From NCBI GenBank assembly GCA_033763455.1, contig JANRKO010000085.1, positions 1 to 12,548 on the forward strand: a stretch of DNA of 12,548 bases, read 5' to 3'. The DNA comes from Polyangiaceae bacterium (GTDB lineage: Bacteria > Myxococcota_A > Polyangia > Polyangiales > Polyangiaceae). The position numbers and the translations under genes were made by a program. Shown here piece after piece: positions 6,761 through 12,548 of the stretch (its first letter is position 1; each line of letters begins with the position of its first letter). The notes under the pieces are model-generated. The model made no database searches. It saw only the letters and a list, made by a program, of their open reading frames with translations, and was not told where the DNA came from.

Positions 6761-8227
6761 ATGCCGGGCTGGAGCACACCACTTAACCTCCTCGAAGAAG
6801 AACTCATTCAACGTCGCGACGAAGGCGTCAAAATCCCTGCAACGTTGCTTCAGAAGATAGCTGAGCTGCATCGCAAGTTCGACGCGTACAACACCGCGCT
6901 CATCGACCCTTTGTACGACGAACTCATGGCCCTTCCCGACGACGCGGAATTGAGCGCGCGTGAGCCCAATGAGCTCGATCAGATCCGTGCCTTGCGCCCG
7001 GACGGGCCGCGCGATCTCAAGTGGCAGCCTTCCGAGGCGGAGCTTTTGGACCGCCTGCACGGTGCGTGGACGGGGCGTGCCTCAGGCTGTGCCCTCGGTA
7101 AGCCCGTGGAAGGCGTGGGCGTACTGTCGACCGCCGCCGGCAAGCTCGTGGGGCGCCAACGAATCAAGGCTTACTTGAGCAACCGCGGCGATTGGCCGCT
7201 CAAGGATTACTTCTCGGGGCGCGACGTCGGGGATGGTCTCAAGGTTATCTGCAAGCCCTCACAGCGCGAAACCATCGCTTATATGGAGCCAGACGACGAC
7301 ATTCACTACACGCTCGTCGGCCTCGGGGTGATTGAAGAAAAGGGGCCCGAATTTACGTGGCAGGATGTGGGCCACTATTGGCTGGATCACATCCCGCAGA
7401 CCAACATCTGCACAGCCGAAGCTCAGGCCATGCTCAACCTGCAGAATCGCTCGATACGCGGGCGTCACGGCAACGCAACGGCAGCCTTCACCCGCCGTTA
7501 CAGGAATCCGTACCGCGAGTGGATCGGCGCCCAGATCCGCTCTGATGGCTGGGCTTATTGCTGCGCCGGAAAGCCGGAGCTAGCAGCCGAGTTCGCCTGG
7601 CGCGACGCTCACTGGACACACGAACGCAACGGTATTTACGGCGAGATGTTGTTCGCTGCGATCCAGGCTGCGGCTTTCGTGGAATCGGACCCGAAGCGCT
7701 TGGTGGAGATCGGGCTTTCAGAGATCCCGCGGGATTGCCGTTTGGCTGTAGCTGCTCGCAAGTGCCTGAAGCTCGTGGAAGCTCACGCGACCTGGGAAAC
7801 CTGTATGGATGCGGTCGAGGTGCTGTGCGCCGAGATCAGCCCGAGCCACATCGCGGGGGACCCGTGGTGGGAGGGAGATCCGGTGGAAGGCATGCATGCC
7901 GTGCACACTATCAACAACGCGCTCATCTGCATCTTGAGCTTGTTCTACGGCAAGATGGACACGGTAGATGTGCTCACCGTAAGCGTCATGTGCGGCCTCG
8001 ATACGGACTGCAACGGAGCTACCGTTGGCTCAATCGTGGGAGCCGCAGCCGGCAAGGCGCGCTTCAAGAACGATCTGGCGGGCCGCCTCAACGACACCAT
8101 CAAGCCCAATTTGATCGGGTTCCAAGAGGTCAGTATGAAAGATCTCGCCGCGCGCACTGCCGTACAGTGGAAGCGGGTCGAAGATTGGTACCGTTCGCGC
8201 CCAAGTGGCGACGTTAAGAAAGCCTAA
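6761..8227 (+). CDS. ADP-ribosylglycohydrolase (ARH/DraG) family protein with N-terminal helical extension
   Basis: Motifs GAWTGRASGCALGKPVEG, EPDDDIHYT, NPYREWIGAQIRSD and GLDTDCNGATVGSIVG (metal-binding DD and DTD). No signal peptide. Confidence 0.93.
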   Translation: MPGWSTPLNLLEEELIQRRDEGVKIPATLLQKIAELHRKFDAYNTALIDPLYDELMALPDDAELSAREPNELDQIRALRPDGPRDLKWQPSEAELLDRLHGAWTGRASGCALGKPVEGVGVLSTAAGKLVGRQRIKAYLSNRGDWPLKDYFSGRDVGDGLKVICKPSQRETIAYMEPDDDIHYTLVGLGVIEEKGPEFTWQDVGHYWLDHIPQTNICTAEAQAMLNLQNRSIRGRHGNATAAFTRRYRNPYREWIGAQIRSDGWAYCCAGKPELAAEFAWRDAHWTHERNGIYGEMLFAAIQAAAFVESDPKRLVEIGLSEIPRDCRLAVAARKCLKLVEAHATWETCMDAVEVLCAEISPSHIAGDPWWEGDPVEGMHAVHTINNALICILSLFYGKMDTVDVLTVSVMCGLDTDCNGATVGSIVGAAAGKARFKNDLAGRLNDTIKPNLIGFQEVSMKDLAARTAVQWKRVEDWYRSRPSGDVKKA

Positions 8228-8239
8228 TAGGCTCCCAGC

Positions 8240-10576
8240 GTGAGCGCGCAGCTTCCGCCGGAATCAGGCACACAGGGCTCGGTGTTCGAGCCTTTCGTGC
8301 CGGCCACCTCGGCCCCGGCGGAGCTCAACCTACGCACCTTAGTTATCGGTTCGTTGTTGGGCATAGTGTTCGCTGCCTCATCGGTGTACCTCGGCCTCAA
8401 GGTAGGGCTCACCGTCTCAGCATCGATTCCCGTGGCTGTGCTGTCGATCACGTTGTTCCGCTATTTGTCGAAGGTTCTCGGCAGGCCCCGCGCCACGATC
8501 CTTGAGAACAATATTGTTCAGACCACCGGCTCTGCGGGGGAATCTCTAGCTGCTGGCGTGGCTTTCACACTGCCCTCGCTTTTGCTCATGGGCTTCGAGC
8601 TGGAGATCTGGCGAATCCTGTTAGTGGCCATGCTGGGTGGGCTCATCGGCGTCTTGATGATGATTCCGATGCGGCACGGTTTGATGGTGAAAGAGCACGG
8701 CAAGCTCGCTTACCCAGAAGGAACCGCGTGCGCCGATGTGCTGATTGTGGGCGAACAAGGCGGCACCAACGCAAAGACCGTATTTTTTGGCTTCCTTGTG
8801 GGTCTTGGCTACACCATTCTGAATCTTGTAACCAAGCTCTGGGCAGATACGGCAAGCTTCGCGCTCACGTTTTGGGGGCGGCTCACCGGAGCCCGGCTGG
8901 ATGTTGAAGTCTCTCCGCCCATGTTGGGCGTGGGTTACATCATCGGCCCACGTGTCGCGTGCAGCATGTTCGCGGGAGGCATGCTCGCATTTCTGATCCT
9001 CATCCCGATGATACATCTGTTCGGGGGCGCTCTGCCGACGCCCATGTACCCTGAGCTTACGCGCACTATTTCCCAGATGAGCGCGTACCAAATCCGCAAC
9101 GCCTACATTCTCTATATTGGTGCTGGTGCCGTGGCGACGGGGGGATTCATTGCGCTTGGCCGCGCCTTGCCGACATTGCTCGCGGCCTTCAGGAGCGGCC
9201 TTGCCGATATCGGCCCACTCGGCAGAAACGCGGGCGCTTCTTCGGCCAAGAGCGCGCGTTGGACCCCACGCACTGAGCTCGATTTGCCGATGAGCATTGT
9301 TATCGGCGGCTCTCTGGCGCTCATCGTGGTCATTTGGCTGGCACCCGTGCTGGAGATCAACTTCGTCTCTGCCTTGCTTATCTTATTGTTTGGCTTCTTC
9401 TTCGTCACCGTTTCGAGCAGAATTACCGGGGAAATTGGCTCATCCTCGAATCCGATTTCAGGCATGACGGTGGCCACCCTGCTCATCACGTGCGGTTTGT
9501 TTGTTTTGATTGGTTGGGTGGGCGCTGGTTACAAAGCCATCGCCCTTACCACGGCCGCCCTCGTGTGTGTGGCAGCCTCCAATGGCGGCACCATCTCCCA
9601 AGATCTGAAGACGGGCTTCCTCGTGGGTGCCACACCGCGGGCGCAGCAGATCGCCATTTTAGTGGGCGTCGTCACAAGTAGCGTCGTCATCGGGTTCACG
9701 CTCCTACTGCTCAATCAGTCGCACACAACTTATCGCCCCGTGCAGGTGCCAGATTTCACGGCACCCGTCGCGGCCGACGCCGATCCTCAAGTGGGCCCCG
9801 ACGGCAAGGCTTATCGCGTCTGGTATGCCAAGGAAGATCATGGTGCGGTGGCGCGCGGCAAATATCTCGCTGACGGTGCGGGCAAGCTCCAGTTTCTCGT
9901 CGACCCCGGGGTGTGCGGCACCTACGAGTTTCGGCTGGAGGCGAAGACTTTTTCGAAGCCTCTACCTATTCCAGCAGGGGCCCCGAGCGAGCTCGGAATC
10001 GACCACCAAATGTACTCAGTGGTCACCACCGATCACGCCCAGGGAGAGATCCCAGCTGGGCGTTACCTTGTAGCGCCGAATGGCAGCGTCGCTTACCACG
10101 CTGCCAGTGTGTGGAAATTCGATGCCCCCAAAGCCCAGCTTTTCCGTTTGATCATCGATGGCACGCTTGGCGGCAAGCTTCCCTGGGGCTTGGTGCTCAT
10201 CGGAGCCCTGCTTGCCATCATGATGGAGCTTGTGGGTGTGGCGAGCCTGCCGTTTGCTGTGGGTTTGTATCTACCGATCGGCACTTCTGCAGGTATCTTC
10301 GTAGGCGGCATGGTGCGCTGGCTCGTCGATCGCCGTTCGCGAGCCACGGGAACCGCTGCGGAGTTTTCCCCGGGCGTCCTTATGGCTTCTGGCCTCATCG
10401 CCGGAGGAGCTATCGCGGGCGTGGGTCAGTCCGTGGTCGCGTTCTACGAACTGGACGGTAAGCTGGATCTTTCGGGTGTTCTGGGCTCGTTGTCGAGCAA
10501 CGCTTCGTGGTGGCCCATGGCTTGGTTTCTAGTGATGGCAGCGCTGCTCTACCGAAGTGGAACCAAGCGAGCGTAA
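8240..10576 (+). CDS. OPT-family oligopeptide transporter (bacterial YSL-like group)
   Basis: Motifs YLGLKVGLTVSASIP, ILENNIVQT..SAGES, YPEGTACA, GSSSNPISGM, QDLKTGFLVGATP..QQ and FAVGLYLP, with many transmembrane segments. Starts 12 bp after the ARH stop. Confidence 0.95.
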   Translation: MSAQLPPESGTQGSVFEPFVPATSAPAELNLRTLVIGSLLGIVFAASSVYLGLKVGLTVSASIPVAVLSITLFRYLSKVLGRPRATILENNIVQTTGSAGESLAAGVAFTLPSLLLMGFELEIWRILLVAMLGGLIGVLMMIPMRHGLMVKEHGKLAYPEGTACADVLIVGEQGGTNAKTVFFGFLVGLGYTILNLVTKLWADTASFALTFWGRLTGARLDVEVSPPMLGVGYIIGPRVACSMFAGGMLAFLILIPMIHLFGGALPTPMYPELTRTISQMSAYQIRNAYILYIGAGAVATGGFIALGRALPTLLAAFRSGLADIGPLGRNAGASSAKSARWTPRTELDLPMSIVIGGSLALIVVIWLAPVLEINFVSALLILLFGFFFVTVSSRITGEIGSSSNPISGMTVATLLITCGLFVLIGWVGAGYKAIALTTAALVCVAASNGGTISQDLKTGFLVGATPRAQQIAILVGVVTSSVVIGFTLLLLNQSHTTYRPVQVPDFTAPVAADADPQVGPDGKAYRVWYAKEDHGAVARGKYLADGAGKLQFLVDPGVCGTYEFRLEAKTFSKPLPIPAGAPSELGIDHQMYSVVTTDHAQGEIPAGRYLVAPNGSVAYHAASVWKFDAPKAQLFRLIIDGTLGGKLPWGLVLIGALLAIMMELVGVASLPFAVGLYLPIGTSAGIFVGGMVRWLVDRRSRATGTAAEFSPGVLMASGLIAGGAIAGVGQSVVAFYELDGKLDLSGVLGSLSSNASWWPMAWFLVMAALLYRSGTKRA

Positions 10577-10722
10577 GCTCAGTCGCTCTCAATCAGCGTC
10601 TTCTTGCAATTCCCATCACGCCTCCCACGCTAATGTTTATGAGCTTTGAGCAAGGGGTTAGAGCGCGTTCGCAGGTTCCGTAGTAACTAATTCGACGTAA
10701 GCTATTTCGGCTTGACTTTATT

Positions 10723-10736
10723 GGGGGGGGGGGGGG
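10723..10736 (+). repeat. G14 homopolymer tract in the putative promoter region of the protease gene
   Basis: 14 consecutive G, 5 bp downstream of TTGACT (10712-10717) and directly followed by TACTCA. Confidence 0.9.
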
Positions 10737-10787
10737 TACTCAGCTGCAGGTGTCAAGTCACTGTGCCGATCGGCGTGGGAGGATGTC

Positions 10788-11909
10788 ATGCGTTTAAGAA
10801 GTTCAGGCCCTTCGTTGGTGTGCTCTATCGTAGCCTTGTCAGCGGGCTGCAGTTCAGCTCAGCCCTCCCCAAACGAGGGCGCGCCTTTGGTGATTGACGG
10901 ACAGCCCTACGATTTATGGGACGGGGTCGCTGAAGGCGACAGCGGAGGGGACAGTCCCAACTCGGGCGTAGGCGAGAGCGTTGTGAGTCCCGCCCCCTCG
11001 TCCCCGCCCGTTGCTGCTGAGAGCTATGTGCGCGATCTGACGGACGAACAGCTTGCCGAAGAGCTTCGGCCAGTCGTCCTCAACCAGGAAGGCTCGTTCC
11101 GAGCGAGGAATGCCCCAATCGAGATGGCAAGGCGCATCCGGGAGACTCTCGGGCAATCCATCCGTATTGAAGGCCGTGCGCCCCTGGACCCTACCAACAA
11201 GCGCCTGCAAGGAATCTTTGGCGCCGACGACCGACGCACGATCGATAACACAGCATTCCCGTGGCGGACCGTGGCTTTTCTTGAACCGTCGGGGTGTACG
11301 GCTACCTTCATTGGGTGGACTACCGCCATCAGTGCAGCGCACTGCGTGGCTGCCAAAGGGGGCTGGAAAAGCGGTCAGCGCACCCAAACGTTCCGCCCTG
11401 GCGCCAAGGGCACAGCAAGCCCCTTCGGGACCGTTGCAGCGGGAGTTTCCGGATGCGGGGGGTTTGCCATCCCACAAGCGTATCTGGACACAGGTGATCG
11501 CAGATGGGATTTCGCGGTTTACGATTTTACCAACTGCACCTCAATGCCCACATGGCAAACTGGGTACAGTGGAATTTGGGTTAATGCCCCGATCGCGGGG
11601 AAGCAGGGCAAGCTTTACGGCTACCCCGCTCCGAGGTGTCCAGATACGAGCGTTTACCCTAGCAACTGCGGGATGTCGGGGGGGCTTTGGTATGACGACT
11701 ACGTCCTTCAGTCCACCAACATCGATTCGAGCGGCGGCCAAAGCGGTGGCCCCTGGATGTCGAGCGACAACTACTTGATAGGAAGCCACTGTGGTGACCA
11801 CACCTGGTCGTGCGGCTTCCTCGGTCTCAGTACTTGCCGAGCCAACGAGGGCAGACGCCTCGACACCGCCTATTGGAGCTTTATCCAGGGCTACGTTACG
11901 GAGTACTGA
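10788..11909 (+). CDS. Trypsin-fold serine protease (V8/glutamyl endopeptidase-like), lipoprotein with pro-region
   Basis: GGGAGG Shine-Dalgarno at 10777-10782. Lipobox SAG-C21. Probable mature start IFGADDR. Catalytic motifs SAAHC, WDFAV and GQSGGP, plus LIGSH. Confidence 0.92.
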   Translation: MRLRSSGPSLVCSIVALSAGCSSAQPSPNEGAPLVIDGQPYDLWDGVAEGDSGGDSPNSGVGESVVSPAPSSPPVAAESYVRDLTDEQLAEELRPVVLNQEGSFRARNAPIEMARRIRETLGQSIRIEGRAPLDPTNKRLQGIFGADDRRTIDNTAFPWRTVAFLEPSGCTATFIGWTTAISAAHCVAAKGGWKSGQRTQTFRPGAKGTASPFGTVAAGVSGCGGFAIPQAYLDTGDRRWDFAVYDFTNCTSMPTWQTGYSGIWVNAPIAGKQGKLYGYPAPRCPDTSVYPSNCGMSGGLWYDDYVLQSTNIDSSGGQSGGPWMSSDNYLIGSHCGDHTWSCGFLGLSTCRANEGRRLDTAYWSFIQGYVTEY

Positions 11910-12406
11910 TGCAACATCCAAACTGGTTCCGCTGCCTCTTGTTCGTACCCCTTATTCTGGGCTGCGAAGAAGATGTTGTGTGCGACGACAATCCCTGCGT
12001 TTCCGGAGCAAGCGTGATTTTCTCTCCCTACTTGTCCGAGAAAGGGACGTACAGGATCGAAGCCGCGCTGGATGATGGGGCCAGCGTGTCCTGTGATATT
12101 CAGGTTACCGACACACTGAAGGCAGGTGATTGGAAGTGTAGCTCGGAGGCTGCCTGGGTGGCACTCAGGTTGGAGAGTCCGAGCGGGAGCGGCGCAGGTG
12201 GCGTCGCTTCCCTCGGCCCAAATACCAGAGCTATCGGGATTGATTCCTTTGGCGTACGCGGCAGCGTAACACCCCTAAGAATCTCCGTCACTCGAGATGA
12301 CCGCGCTATCATTGAGGACTCGGCTCCCCAATGGGCCACCGAGAACTCATCTCCTGCGGGGTGCCCCGCATGTAATAGCCGCACCACCAAGGTCGCACCC
12401 CGCTAA
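11909..12406 (+). CDS. Cys-rich hypothetical lipoprotein (165 aa)
   Basis: TGATG overlap with the protease stop and GGAG at 11900-11903. MQHPNWFRCLLFVPLILG-C19 lipobox, with six further Cys in the mature part. Confidence 0.75.
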   Translation: MQHPNWFRCLLFVPLILGCEEDVVCDDNPCVSGASVIFSPYLSEKGTYRIEAALDDGASVSCDIQVTDTLKAGDWKCSSEAAWVALRLESPSGSGAGGVASLGPNTRAIGIDSFGVRGSVTPLRISVTRDDRAIIEDSAPQWATENSSPAGCPACNSRTTKVAPR

Positions 12407-12408
12407 GC

Positions 12409-12548
12409 TAGTTCTCATCCAGAAACGGCAAGAGCTCGAAAATAAAGCTGTTCTTGATGGTTAATGATGGAAATAAAAGCATCGGAGTGCGTGTTTTCTC
12501 GGGGTTCCTCCAAGAACGCTCGAAAGAAACGGCACTCCGATGCGAGAA
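12409..12548. mobile_element. Possible terminus of a second insertion sequence (family uncertain)
   Basis: Begins TAGTTCTCATCCAGAAAC in a CTAAGCTAG context, shifts to AT-richer non-coding sequence, and is 140 bp long like the IS21 piece at the other edge. Confidence 0.4.
12471..12543 (-). terminator. Long hairpin with U-tract; probable intrinsic terminator for a minus-strand transcript
   Basis: Perfect 12-bp inverted repeat GCATCGGAGTGC (12479-12490) / GCACTCCGATGC (12532-12543), with further inner pairing (TCGGG/CTCGA, GTTC/GAAC). On the minus strand it is followed by TTTTATTT. Confidence 0.55.

Noticed and set aside
6761..8227. draG nitrogenase-regulation gene or antitoxin of an ADP-ribosylating toxin
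   Set aside because: No draT, nif or ADP-ribosyltransferase gene in the window, and the protein is much longer than DraG, so no gene symbol was assigned.
10751..10756. Perfect TTGACA on the minus strand as an antisense promoter
   Set aside because: The matching -10 position falls in the C run (complement of the G14 tract), so there is no usable -10.
12409..12548. Open minus-strand frame ending at TAG 12410-12408, and the hairpin as an integron attC site
   Set aside because: The peptide has no recognisable features and runs through a hairpin. The hairpin lacks the RYYYAAC/GTTRRRY core sites of attC.

Overview
A GC-rich (roughly 60% by eye) bacterial segment, probably Myxococcota/Polyangiaceae-like, inferred only from the many Cys-rich lipoproteins with Gly/Ala/Thr tethers. 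Left edge: the istB 3' end and right terminus of an IS21-family element (1-140), inserted into a minus-strand lipoprotein gene that the ORF track misses. Next come two paralogous RTX-repeat lipoproteins separated by an intrinsic terminator, then a translationally coupled cytochrome P460-like lipoprotein and outer-membrane beta-barrel pair behind an ECF-like promoter. An AraC regulator is divergent from an ADP-ribosylglycohydrolase and OPT transporter pair; the OPT carries a duplicated soluble insert. A V8-like serine protease lipoprotein, preceded by a G14 tract, is coupled to a Cys-rich lipoprotein. The last 140 bp look like the end of a second mobile element. The best candidate for a new system is the AraC/ARH/OPT module, possibly for uptake and salvage of ADP-ribosylated or otherwise modified peptides. 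All family calls are by eye from motifs; no searches were run.
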